Assembly: GCA_902602795.1 (NCBI GenBank)
Contig: CACKSF010000002.1
Location: forward strand, 1-62,059
Direction: 5' to 3'
DNA from: an uncultured Fidelibacterota bacterium
GTDB lineage: Bacteria > Fidelibacterota > Marinisomatia > Marinisomatales > UBA1611
Length of the DNA: 62,059 nucleotides
In this document: in pieces, positions 48,487 through 57,923 of the stretch
Layout: each line of letters opens with the position of its first letter
How positions within the stretch are numbered: the first letter of the stretch is position 1
Position numbers and translations under genes: made by a program
The notes under the pieces: model-generated
The model's database searches: none
What the model was told of the DNA's origin: nothing
Seen by the model: only the letters and a program-made list of their open reading frames with translations

Positions 48487-49698
48487 GTGCTTGCTATGAA
48501 ACTTACACCTCATGAACAAAAAATCTTAAAAATTATTAAAGACAATCCTAAAGTTGTCAATCAACCTTCTATTAGAGAGAAAGTCGCAAAAAAGCATGGA
48601 TTAACGGAAAAGACTCTTCGTAATCGAATTGCAGAATTGCGTAAGAGAGGACTATTAAAAGAAAAATTAGAAAATACTCAAACCAAAATAAAGCCCTTAA
48701 TTACACAAAATGATGAAATCAATATCGGTGCTCTAATTGATTTAATTAAAAGGAAGAAAAGGTTTTTTTTAAAGTTCTCAATTCTGACTACTTTGATTGG
48801 TCTTACATATTCATTGATAGCAACTATATTCTTTGCTTCAAAAATTTCGCTATACCCTGCAGGAGAATTAATAAGAGGTGGAAGTTCGCTTGGAGAATTT
48901 TCAGGTTTAGCAAAATCTTTCGGTTTAAGTGCATTCGGAAGTGCACCTACTTACAATATTCCCGATATTATCAATAGTAGAAAATTAAAGAAAGATATTG
49001 TTCTTAAAGCTTGGAATACTTCAAAAAGCAAGAGTGCACTAAACCTTATTTCCTTTTGGGAAATCGACAAGCCTCCCTTTTTTTCCCCTTTATCCGCGTT
49101 AAGAAAATTATTACCAAGAGGAAATACTTCCGCAACTGAACTTGATAAAGATACAGATGAAGCTATTTTACAACTTGATGAATTGATAGGCGTGAAAGAA
49201 GAAATTTCAGGACTTATTACAGTGACTGTTTTGATGGAAGATCCTCAATTAGCTTCTGATATTGCTAATTATATAGCAGAATATGTAAAAAGATTTATCT
49301 CAATTGAACAAAAATTAGAAGCCACTCGAAATAGAAAATTTATTGAGCAGCAGATGAAAGAAGCAAAATTACAGAACGAGGTATCTGAAGATTTACTCAC
49401 AGAGTTTAGAAAAAGAAACTTGTTGCGTCTCGACACCCCTTCTCTAGAGATGAAAAGAGAAAGATTAGAAAGTGCGGTAGAAGAGAATCGTGCAGTTTAT
49501 ATAACCCTGCGCCAACAATTTGAAATTGCAAAAATAGACGAATCTAAAGAAAAACTTTTAATTAACATACTTGACACTGCTGAACCTGCTGTTAAAAAAG
49601 CTAAGCCAAAGCGTACAATTATCGTTTTATTATCCTTTTTTGCTGGACTAGTTTTCGCAATGCCTCTTGCTATCTACTTTGATAAAAGAAAACTTTAA
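48487..49698 (+). CDS. Wzz/PCP-family chain-length determinant with an N-terminal HTH-like (winged-helix-like) cytoplasmic module
   Basis: 403 aa. Residues ~5-60 (LTPHEQKILKIIKDNPKVVNQPSIREKVAKKHGLTEKTLRNRIAELRKRGLL) look like a small wHTH. Then come the Wzz N-terminal block and TM1 (FSILTTLIGLTYSLIATIFFA), a coiled-coil periplasmic region, and TM2 at the C-terminus. There is no tyrosine-kinase domain. Start is GTG at 48487 or ATG at 48496. Confidence 0.7.
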   Translation: MLAMKLTPHEQKILKIIKDNPKVVNQPSIREKVAKKHGLTEKTLRNRIAELRKRGLLKEKLENTQTKIKPLITQNDEINIGALIDLIKRKKRFFLKFSILTTLIGLTYSLIATIFFASKISLYPAGELIRGGSSLGEFSGLAKSFGLSAFGSAPTYNIPDIINSRKLKKDIVLKAWNTSKSKSALNLISFWEIDKPPFFSPLSALRKLLPRGNTSATELDKDTDEAILQLDELIGVKEEISGLITVTVLMEDPQLASDIANYIAEYVKRFISIEQKLEATRNRKFIEQQMKEAKLQNEVSEDLLTEFRKRNLLRLDTPSLEMKRERLESAVEENRAVYITLRQQFEIAKIDESKEKLLINILDTAEPAVKKAKPKRTIIVLLSFFAGLVFAMPLAIYFDKRKL

Positions 49699-50992
49699 CT
49701 TTTTACAATCCTTATTAAAGCAACGGTTAGTAAAAAATTCACTATACACTGGCCTAGCATTAATTTTCATAGGCTTGATTCCTTTTACATTTAATTTTCT
49801 TGTTGGTAGGACATTTGGTGCAAAAATTCTTGGAGAAATTAATGTTACATTAAATTTTTGTTTAATGATAACAATTTTTATATCAAATTTTTTTGGAAGT
49901 GCTGGTAATAAATTCCTTGCTGAGTTTAGGGGTAGAGAAAATTTGAAAAATTTTATTTTTACACTTAAAATTATTTTTTTGGGGTCTACTTCCACTTTAA
50001 TTATTATAAATATTATCTTACTTAATTGGTGGGAATATTTTTCTCAAAACTTTTCTATGCCTAAAGAATCATTTACTCCAGTAATTCTTTATATTTTTCT
50101 TCGAACTATGTACATATTGCTCAGAAGGACTCTTTATGGAATGGATTTAGTAAAAAATTACACTTTCAATGAAATTGTTTCAGCTCTTTTTATGATTGGA
50201 TCAACTGCTTATGTTTGTTTTTACAGCAAAGAGGATTTATTACTAAAAACATATATTCTTAGTTATTTGATATTCTTTTTGCTTTGTATTTATAGTATTT
50301 TAAAAAATTCCAAACTTTTCAAAACAAAATTAACTGCAGATTTTGATATTTCTAAAAAGCAAGTATTTATAAACTATTCAAAATACGGTATTTTGAGTAT
50401 GATAGGTACAGTTGCTAGTACTGGAACCGGTTATATTTCTGTGATAATTACAGGTCTTTCTTTAGATCATACAGAAGTTGGGATCTATACTGCTGCATTA
50501 TCTGTAGTATCAATTTTAATGTTTTTCCCAAAATTGTTTATACAAGTATTTCTTCCCGAATTTTCAAAATTATTTGGTGCAAACCGAAAGGAAAAAATTT
50601 TGGGAATCTTCAAAAAAACCTTTTTTGTTATATTTTTGTTATCTACAATACTCTGCTCAGGCTTATTTTTTATTTCAGAAGTAGTTTTGTCTTTTTTTGG
50701 AAATGTTTTTATTGAAGGTGCTACTGTATTAAAGATCATCATACCAAGTGTATTTATAAGAATGGTTTCAATTCCATGCAATGCATTTTTATCAGGGACA
50801 AAATATATTTTATATCCAAATATCGGAGGGGTAATTATACTTATTACTTCTTCTTTGTGTTGGTATTTTCTTATCCCAAATTACAATTTAAATGGAGTTG
50901 CAGCAGGTTACAGCATAGGAATTATTGTTGGAGTAGGTTATCAAATAATAATGACATTTAGTAAGATGAATAGTTTTATTAATTCGAAATAA
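49667..50992 (+). CDS. wzx: Wzx-type polysaccharide flippase (MOP superfamily)
   Basis: 441 aa, about 12 TM, with typical polysaccharide-biosynthesis-protein topology. Identified by its position between wzz and wzy. TTG start overlaps the wzz 3' end. Confidence 0.7.
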   Translation: MLSTLIKENFNFLQSLLKQRLVKNSLYTGLALIFIGLIPFTFNFLVGRTFGAKILGEINVTLNFCLMITIFISNFFGSAGNKFLAEFRGRENLKNFIFTLKIIFLGSTSTLIIINIILLNWWEYFSQNFSMPKESFTPVILYIFLRTMYILLRRTLYGMDLVKNYTFNEIVSALFMIGSTAYVCFYSKEDLLLKTYILSYLIFFLLCIYSILKNSKLFKTKLTADFDISKKQVFINYSKYGILSMIGTVASTGTGYISVIITGLSLDHTEVGIYTAALSVVSILMFFPKLFIQVFLPEFSKLFGANRKEKILGIFKKTFFVIFLLSTILCSGLFFISEVVLSFFGNVFIEGATVLKIIIPSVFIRMVSIPCNAFLSGTKYILYPNIGGVIILITSSLCWYFLIPNYNLNGVAAGYSIGIIVGVGYQIIMTFSKMNSFINSK

Positions 50993-51002
50993 TATTTTAT
51001 CA

Positions 51003-52241
51003 ATGCTTAAACTTCAAATTTTAATAAAATATTACATGCTCACGTTTCTTCTTATAGACTCAATAAGCGGCTTCTTGAGAATTTATTTAAGCATTACAAA
51101 CCCATTGTTTAATATTGGATATTGGATCAGAGGACCTATCCTTGTACTTTTTATTTTATATTATTTAAATAAACTTTATAAAAATAATTTATTTTATGAT
51201 GAATTACTAAGTCTAATTCTCTTCCTATTCTTTATTTTAAATACATTATTTTTTTACGTTGAATCTCCCTCTCTAAAAATGTTAATTGAGAACCTTACTT
51301 ATTTATTACGATTCCAGTTTTTGTTATTTTTGTATGTGTTTTTAAAAAATAGGATGAACCTAAGTATATTTTTTACAAGAAAAATAATTACACTCAACTT
51401 TGTTTTCTTTGTTTTAAATCTCAGTGTCGGCTTTTTATTTGGTTTTGGCCTTGAGTCGTACAGATTTCAAGGTACTTCAAAGGGTATGTTTCAGGGAGGA
51501 AATCCAGTTTCAATTTTAAATCTTATTTTCTTTACTTTTTATTTGCTTGATGGATCTATGCGAAAAAAAATATTGCCAGTAAGCTTTGCAATTTTTAATG
51601 CTTTTATAATCGCCTCAAAAAGCGTATTTGGCTTTTTAATACCTATTTTTTATGCATTGAAACGTAATGCTATGAGCATTAACAAAATTATTTCTTACAG
51701 TCTTTTCATTATAGTTTTACTATTTACTTTTTCTTTAATGGTTGATAAAACCGTAGATCTTTATGAATCGCGATTTGGATTAAATATAAAAAAATCAATT
51801 TCAGCCGCGGAAAAGGTTGGCGGGTTATACAATAATCAAATTCTTAACAGAATCGCATCGATAAATTTTAGAAGGTATGCTTCCTTGAACATTCAAATGA
51901 AAGAATCCTTTAATGACTTACAAACATTTGTGATAGGAAAAAGTTTTGCTGGCCAAAATTTGTTTTGGAGGGAAAGAGGTGAATTTTGGTTTACCAATGC
52001 ATCTATGGATTTTTTTGACTTTTTTTTTAAATACGGAATTATTGGTACAATTATTTTTTTACTGATATTCTCTAGATTACCACTTAATTTATTTTTGAAT
52101 TCCCATATTAGAGATAAAGTTGCAATAATTTTATTCTTTGCTTACAGCTTTTTTGGTGGGCATGTTATTGATTCTGTAACATCAGGATCTCTTTTTTATT
52201 ATCTATTAGCCAGTATTAACTCAAAAAAATGCGAATTCTAA
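51003..52241 (+). CDS. wzy: Wzy-type O-antigen/EPS polymerase (O-antigen ligase-like membrane protein)
   Basis: 412 aa, at least 10 TM, with one larger loop (residues ~250-330). Extremely F/L/I-rich. The call rests on context. Confidence 0.6.
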   Translation: MLKLQILIKYYMLTFLLIDSISGFLRIYLSITNPLFNIGYWIRGPILVLFILYYLNKLYKNNLFYDELLSLILFLFFILNTLFFYVESPSLKMLIENLTYLLRFQFLLFLYVFLKNRMNLSIFFTRKIITLNFVFFVLNLSVGFLFGFGLESYRFQGTSKGMFQGGNPVSILNLIFFTFYLLDGSMRKKILPVSFAIFNAFIIASKSVFGFLIPIFYALKRNAMSINKIISYSLFIIVLLFTFSLMVDKTVDLYESRFGLNIKKSISAAEKVGGLYNNQILNRIASINFRRYASLNIQMKESFNDLQTFVIGKSFAGQNLFWRERGEFWFTNASMDFFDFFFKYGIIGTIIFLLIFSRLPLNLFLNSHIRDKVAIILFFAYSFFGGHVIDSVTSGSLFYYLLASINSKKCEF

Positions 52242-53149
52242 TTATAGCTAGCGGTAATAGTTCTCAGCTTAGTCCTTTTGTAAAAGAACAAGCAGAAAGC
52301 CTTATGGAACAAGGACTTTCCGTAGATTTTTTTTTAATAAGAGGGAAAGGATTATTTGGTTATTTGAGCAATTATTTTCTTTTAATAAATAAAATAAAAC
52401 ATGAGGAATACGACTTAATCCATGCTCACTATGGTTTATCTGGGTTATTAGCTACTATGCAATTATACGTTCCTGTAATAATAACTTTTCATGGAAGTGA
52501 TGTAAATATGGGAAAAAACTATATTTTTAGTAGAATTGCATCCAGGTTATCTACCAATAATATTTTTGTACACCAAAGCTTGCAAGAAAAACTTAAAATA
52601 TATAGAAACCCCATTAATATTATTCCTTGCGGATTTAATAATAATCGTTTTTTTCCAATTCCCAAAGATAAGGCTCGTAAAGCACTTAAATGGGAAAAAA
52701 ACAAACATTATATTGCTTTCTCGTCTTCATTTAATAATAAAATAAAAAATGTTCAGCTTGCTAAATCGGCTATCTCAAAAATAAATAATTGTGAACTCAT
52801 AGAGCTGAAAGGATATGAAAAGGAAAAAATAAATTTAATATTAAATGCCTCAGATTTACTCCTTGTTACGTCTTTATCCGAAACGGGTCCAATAATTGTT
52901 AAAGAAGCTCTAGCATGTAATTGCCCAATTATATCCACAAATGTAGGCGATGTACAAAAGCTAACAAGAAATGTGAACAACTGCTATATATCAAGCTATA
53001 ATCCAGAAAATATTAAAAAGAAGATAAATCAAGTTTTTAGAAATAATGAAAGGACTAATGGACAGAAAATAATTAAAAATTTCAATCTAGAAAACATTGC
53101 ATATAAAATTATAGATGTCTACAAAAAAACATTAAATGAAACCTTATAA
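52229..53149 (+). CDS. Glycosyltransferase, GT4 family (GT-B fold)
   Basis: 306 aa with N-terminal MRILIIASG and the E-x7-E region SLSETGPIIVKEALACNCPIISTNVGD. Confidence 0.8.
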   Translation: MRILIIASGNSSQLSPFVKEQAESLMEQGLSVDFFLIRGKGLFGYLSNYFLLINKIKHEEYDLIHAHYGLSGLLATMQLYVPVIITFHGSDVNMGKNYIFSRIASRLSTNNIFVHQSLQEKLKIYRNPINIIPCGFNNNRFFPIPKDKARKALKWEKNKHYIAFSSSFNNKIKNVQLAKSAISKINNCELIELKGYEKEKINLILNASDLLLVTSLSETGPIIVKEALACNCPIISTNVGDVQKLTRNVNNCYISSYNPENIKKKINQVFRNNERTNGQKIIKNFNLENIAYKIIDVYKKTLNETL

Positions 53150-54204
53150 TGAGAATTTTATTTGACCTAGGGCACCCAGCTCACGTTCACTACTTTAAAA
53201 ATCTTATAAAATTACTTAAAAAGAATGGTAATCAAGTCTTAATAGTTGCCCGGGAAAAGGATGTTACTCAACGTCTTCTTAAAAACTATGGAATACCATA
53301 TTTGTCTCGAGGCAAAGGGTCAAAAACAATATTAGGTAAATTTTTTTACCTTTTTAAAGCCAATCAACGATTATATAAATACTCAATTATATTCCAACCT
53401 GATCTTTTTATAAGCTTTGCTTCACCGTACGCTGCACAAATAGCAAGCTATTTTAATAAACCCCATATCGCATTTACAGATACTGAGCATGCTAAATTAG
53501 GAATCGCATCTTTTTCACCTTTTACAGATACAATAATAACACCAAAAACATTTAAAGGAAACTTGGGGAATAATCATATTAAGTTTGACGGTTATATGGA
53601 GGATGCCTATCTACACCCCAAGTATTTTAAACCTGATAAAAACATCTTAAAAAAATTAAATCTAAGTGACCAAGAAAGATATGTAGTTTTTCGGCTAGTC
53701 TCGTGGGATGCAAGTCATGATATTGGACAAAGTGGATTCAGAAAGGATACACTAGTTAAACTTATAAATGAAGTAAAAAAACATGCACGGGTTTTTATAT
53801 CGGCTGAAAATAAAGTCCCAAAAATTTTTAAAAAATACCAACTCTCAATAAATCCAACTGAAATTCATGATGTATTATCATTTGCAGAACTATTTATTGG
53901 AGAAGGAGCAACGATGGCTTCAGAATGCGCTATAATGGGAACACCCAGTATATATATGAATAGCCTTTCAGCTGGTACGTTGGAAGATCAAGAAAAAAAA
54001 GGTATTTTAACCATGTTCAATTCTTCCAATGGATTGATTAAAAAGTCTATAGATATTTTAATAAATCCAAAAGCTAAAAAAGAAACAAAACAAAAAAGTA
54101 TAGACTTATTTAACAAAAAAATTGATATAAATGTTTTTTTTTACTGGCTGATATCTAAATATCCAGAAAGCGTAAACACTTATAAAAATAACTCCACTAT
54201 TTAA
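53149..54204 (+). CDS. DUF354-family protein (predicted GT-B / epimerase-like fold, function unknown)
   Basis: 351 aa. The N-terminus MRILFDLGHPAHVHYFKNLIKLLKKNGNQVLIVAREKDVT matches the DUF354 signature as I recall it. Its ATG overlaps the GT4 stop. Confidence 0.65.
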   Translation: MRILFDLGHPAHVHYFKNLIKLLKKNGNQVLIVAREKDVTQRLLKNYGIPYLSRGKGSKTILGKFFYLFKANQRLYKYSIIFQPDLFISFASPYAAQIASYFNKPHIAFTDTEHAKLGIASFSPFTDTIITPKTFKGNLGNNHIKFDGYMEDAYLHPKYFKPDKNILKKLNLSDQERYVVFRLVSWDASHDIGQSGFRKDTLVKLINEVKKHARVFISAENKVPKIFKKYQLSINPTEIHDVLSFAELFIGEGATMASECAIMGTPSIYMNSLSAGTLEDQEKKGILTMFNSSNGLIKKSIDILINPKAKKETKQKSIDLFNKKIDINVFFYWLISKYPESVNTYKNNSTI

Positions 54205-54462
54205 AATTCATCTATCTTATAAAATTCCTTTTATTATTGTAACTAAAACCACTAGATTTAATTAAATAAAAAAGGAATCCATATCGTCCTAAAACGCTAT
54301 TAAATTTTTTAATTAATCATACAAAAATAAAAAAGCGTTCAAATGATATGGTATTAGCTGATCTTTGTGATCCTCAACACATAAATTTCTCATTATTTAA
54401 CATATCCTTATTAAGTCTATCAATATTATTTCGATATTTTTTAAATTTTTCGACATAACAAC

Positions 54463-56442
54463 ATGATACAAAAATCAGTATTAAAAAAAGTTTTGTGGTG
54501 CTGTAATTTAATTTTTTTTTATTTCATTTTTTCATTAATGCATTATAAAAAATTTGGAATTTTTATTCCAACTAATAATTATTTTTATTTATATATTATC
54601 TTTTTATTCTTTTGGCTCGTTTTTGCTATATATTATAAAAAAATAGATAATTGTATTGAAAAGCCAATTCATCTGTCTATTAGAATAATTTTTTGGTCAT
54701 CACTACTAAATCTACTTTTTGTTGTCATAATATTATCAATATCCGACTTGTGGAGTGTTTCTAGACTTTTTGTACTATCTTTTGTTTTTATTTTAGTTTT
54801 TTTTGAAATATGCCTAACATTTTTTTTAAAACAATATACAAGTTCAAAGCTTATAATTAACGATACTTCTTTATCATTAGAGAGTGATAAAAAATCAAAT
54901 AAATTTTATATAAAATGGCTTCTTCCAGGAATCTTTTTTTTAATACTAACCTACATTGTTTTGTCTTTTTATGATACTGGGTCATTTCAGTATAGTATAT
55001 TACATGAGAAGAATTTTTTAATCTTAATATCTTCATGGGGTTTAGGAACTCTTCTAACCAATCGCTATAAAGAGCCTATTACAATAAATCACTACTATGA
55101 AATTGCACCGTACATAAAGGCTGCAATATTTACCTTTTTATTTCTAATTTTTTTTATTTTTATATTGAGGATAAACCCTGCTTCAATGAAAATTATTTAT
55201 AAGGCAAGTTTTATACATTCTTTAATTGAAATTATCGCGTTTTTTTTGTTTTTTTTTGGAAAATCCAAGAATCTAAATGGGTTTATGGAATATAGTAAAA
55301 ATCAATCTAACGAAGTTAATGGCCAACGAACATTGGATGACACGAATACTAATTCTGTAAAACCAAGTAATTGCTACGAAAAAAAAGAACTTTCAAAAAG
55401 CATTGCAATATTTGGGTTTGATTATTCAAAAAAGTTAACCGATTTTATTTGGGAAAATATTAAAGAAGAAAATTATAGTTATGAAAATATTACAATCTTA
55501 AATACAAGCTCAACTATTAACGTAGAACTATTAAGTGATTTATCGAAGGATCTATTAATTAACATTCACCCTCTTAATGATTTTCGAAGAATAAATGAAT
55601 ATTTATTATCATCTTACTCAAAGTTGAAAACCGGAAGGTTTTTAATTGGAAGTTTCACTCCTTTAGAGCATATGAAAAAAAACCTAAGGTCAAAAATGCC
55701 TCATTTTCTCTATTTTATAATCCTTCCTTTCTATTTTGTGCTTCATAGAGTATTTCCAAAACTAGCAATTACCAAGCAAATATATTTTATTCTTACTAAT
55801 GGAAAAAATCGTGTTGTATCAAAGGCTGAGATCTTGGGGCGTCTTTCATTTTGTGGCTATGAACTTATTAGTGACACAAATTATGAAGATAAAATTTATT
55901 TTATTTGCAAAAAGAAAAAAACTATATCAAATGAAAAATTTCCTTCTTATGGTCCAATAGTAAAACTTAAACGAGTAGGCTACCTAGGCAAACTAGTTTA
56001 CATATATAAATTAAGAACTATGTATCCATATAGTGAATTTATTCAAGGTGATATTTATGAAAAAAACCGTTTAGATGCATCGGGAAAAATGAAAGATGAT
56101 TACAGAATTACATCTTGGGGAAAAATTTTTAGAAGATATTTTATTGACGAATTTCCCCAAATTTTTAATTGGATTCGGGGAGATCTTAACCTTATTGGAA
56201 TAAGAGCCTTGAGTGAACATTATTTTAGCCTTTACCCAAAATCCCTACAATCAAAAAGAGTTAAGTTTAAACCTGGTCTAATACCACCATATTACGCAGA
56301 CCTTCCAAAGACCTTTGATGAAATTATTGAAAGTGAAATTAAATATTTAAATAAAAAAGAAGAAAAACCATTCACTACAGATTTAAAATACTTTTTAAAA
56401 TCTATATTTAATATATTTTTTATAGGAGCTCGGAGTAAATAA
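54463..56442 (+). CDS. Polyprenyl-phosphate sugar-phosphate transferase (Bac_transf family, divergent) with a large multi-TM N-terminus and a soluble spacer domain
   Basis: 659 aa. The C-terminal ~190 aa carry YKLRTM, DEFPQIFNWIRGDLNLIG and KPGLIPPYY, which are divergent versions of the KFRTM / DELPQ / GDMSLVGPRP / PGITG motifs. The N-terminal ~270 aa form at least 6 TM helices, and residues ~300-470 are soluble. Confidence 0.75.
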   Translation: MIQKSVLKKVLWCCNLIFFYFIFSLMHYKKFGIFIPTNNYFYLYIIFLFFWLVFAIYYKKIDNCIEKPIHLSIRIIFWSSLLNLLFVVIILSISDLWSVSRLFVLSFVFILVFFEICLTFFLKQYTSSKLIINDTSLSLESDKKSNKFYIKWLLPGIFFLILTYIVLSFYDTGSFQYSILHEKNFLILISSWGLGTLLTNRYKEPITINHYYEIAPYIKAAIFTFLFLIFFIFILRINPASMKIIYKASFIHSLIEIIAFFLFFFGKSKNLNGFMEYSKNQSNEVNGQRTLDDTNTNSVKPSNCYEKKELSKSIAIFGFDYSKKLTDFIWENIKEENYSYENITILNTSSTINVELLSDLSKDLLINIHPLNDFRRINEYLLSSYSKLKTGRFLIGSFTPLEHMKKNLRSKMPHFLYFIILPFYFVLHRVFPKLAITKQIYFILTNGKNRVVSKAEILGRLSFCGYELISDTNYEDKIYFICKKKKTISNEKFPSYGPIVKLKRVGYLGKLVYIYKLRTMYPYSEFIQGDIYEKNRLDASGKMKDDYRITSWGKIFRRYFIDEFPQIFNWIRGDLNLIGIRALSEHYFSLYPKSLQSKRVKFKPGLIPPYYADLPKTFDEIIESEIKYLNKKEEKPFTTDLKYFLKSIFNIFFIGARSK

Positions 56443-56444
56443 GC

Positions 56445-57833
56445 ATGAGGCTTTTAAGTTATATCTTTTTGATTTTGGCTATTGATAAATTATTTGCAAA
56501 TAATGTTATTGTTAAGCCATCCATTTTCACTATTTATTCAAGTAGTGGAAAGGATTGGATGTATCAAGAAAAAACAATAAATATCTTTGGATTTGGAATT
56601 AGTTCTTATGTCAATAGCAAAAACTGGAAGCTAACATTTGATTATTTACAGATCGGTCTATTAGGCAATGTTAGTCAAGATTTATTTAATTTTTCTCCTC
56701 AACAAAGCTTTGCTTATATTGACCAATCGAAAGATACTGATGGGTTTTGGACAGAGCAAATTGAAACAAAATTTAGTTATGACTATAATAATTTTGTTAT
56801 TGAATTAGGCAAGTTTAATAGACACTGGGGTGATGGAAATAGATCTTTATATATTTCAGATAAGGCACCATCTTATCCACAAATAGGATTCAAATATAAA
56901 TTAAACCAAAAATTAAGTTATTTTTACTTCCATGGGTTTTTAAATAGCAATATACCTGATAGCTCACGATCTTCTTATTACAAAAACAACTTTAGCCAAA
57001 GATCAATTAGTATCCCAAGAAACATAGCCGCGCATCGAATTAAATGGAAACCGAATGATAAATTTGTATTTAGTTTTAATGAATCAGTTATTTATGCAAC
57101 CCGCAATCTTGATATTTACTATATCATTCCAATTCTACCATTTTATCCAATTGAAAATTATATTGGAGATACTGATAACATTCAGATGGGCATTGATATT
57201 TTATTTAACATTGCTGAATTTCAAAAAATATATGCATCTTTTTTTATGGATGAATTCACTCCAGAGTGGCTTTTTAAATCAAAAAATCATAATTGGTTCG
57301 GTTGGCAATATGGATATCTTGCGAAAGATTTAATTTTTAAAAACTCAGAGTTACGAATAGAATATAATTGGACTGACCAAAGAATATATATGCACAAATA
57401 TGATATTAATGATTTTTATAACCATAGTCATCCATTAGGTTTTTGGGCAGGACCTCATGCTCAAGAAATATTATTTAATTATTTTACTAATTTTAGAGAC
57501 AGAGTAATCAAATTTCACTTTTCAAAAACAAAAAGAGGGTTGAATACACGAGAAATGGTTGAAGATAACTATAAAGATATGCAATTAAAAAGATATGAAG
57601 AAGGTTATGAAGAACGTACTTTAGTATCAATAGGTTTTAAAACTCCATCTATTATAAAAGAGCTACAATGCTCCATTGATCTTAATTATGTAAATTTTAA
57701 AAATGCAGGATTTAGCATCAATAATAATCAGATATTAAATGGTATAGATATTGAAAAAATATCTATTGATTTTGGCTTATTTTATAACTTTTCAATAAGA
57801 AATAATTATAATTTAGATACTATTGCAGAATAG
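56445..57833 (+). CDS. Secreted / outer-membrane hypothetical protein (possibly a Wzi-like capsule-assembly beta-barrel)
   Basis: 462 aa with a signal peptide (MRLLSYIFLILAIDKLFA) and aromatic-rich alternating segments. It is the last gene of the plus-strand polysaccharide operon. No motif was firmly recognised. Confidence 0.4.
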   Translation: MRLLSYIFLILAIDKLFANNVIVKPSIFTIYSSSGKDWMYQEKTINIFGFGISSYVNSKNWKLTFDYLQIGLLGNVSQDLFNFSPQQSFAYIDQSKDTDGFWTEQIETKFSYDYNNFVIELGKFNRHWGDGNRSLYISDKAPSYPQIGFKYKLNQKLSYFYFHGFLNSNIPDSSRSSYYKNNFSQRSISIPRNIAAHRIKWKPNDKFVFSFNESVIYATRNLDIYYIIPILPFYPIENYIGDTDNIQMGIDILFNIAEFQKIYASFFMDEFTPEWLFKSKNHNWFGWQYGYLAKDLIFKNSELRIEYNWTDQRIYMHKYDINDFYNHSHPLGFWAGPHAQEILFNYFTNFRDRVIKFHFSKTKRGLNTREMVEDNYKDMQLKRYEEGYEERTLVSIGFKTPSIIKELQCSIDLNYVNFKNAGFSINNNQILNGIDIEKISIDFGLFYNFSIRNNYNLDTIAE

Positions 57834-57872
57834 TTCGTTTCAAATATTAGCCACACTCATTTGGAAATGATA

Positions 57873-57894
57873 AAGCAATCTTAGCTAATTGCTT
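57873..57894. terminator. Candidate hairpin in the convergent gap between the two polysaccharide gene sets
   Basis: AAGCAAT-8 nt-ATTGCTT (7-bp stem) lies in the 90-nt gap between the stop at 57833 (+) and the pseudogene end at 57924 (-). The stem is AT-rich and weak. Confidence 0.25.
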
Positions 57895-57923
57895 AGCATC
57901 TATAAATCATTTTCTGTACGCAA

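Noticed and set aside
54205-54462. The minus strand of the 258-nt spacer reads through a short coding-like stretch (…VEKFKKYRNNIDRLNKDMLNNEKFMC*), considered as a gene remnant.
   Set aside because: No start codon context, under 60 codons, no recognisable homology, and Lys/Asn-rich peptides arise readily from AT-rich DNA.
54512-55257. Long poly-T tracts inside the phosphoglycosyl-transferase gene (T9 at 54512-54520; T8-G-T9 at 55240-55257), with similar tracts in wzy. Considered as slipped-strand phase-variation switches.
   Set aside because: They encode Phe-rich TM segments in a very AT-rich island where such runs are compositionally expected. No evidence of length heterogeneity can be obtained from a single sequence.
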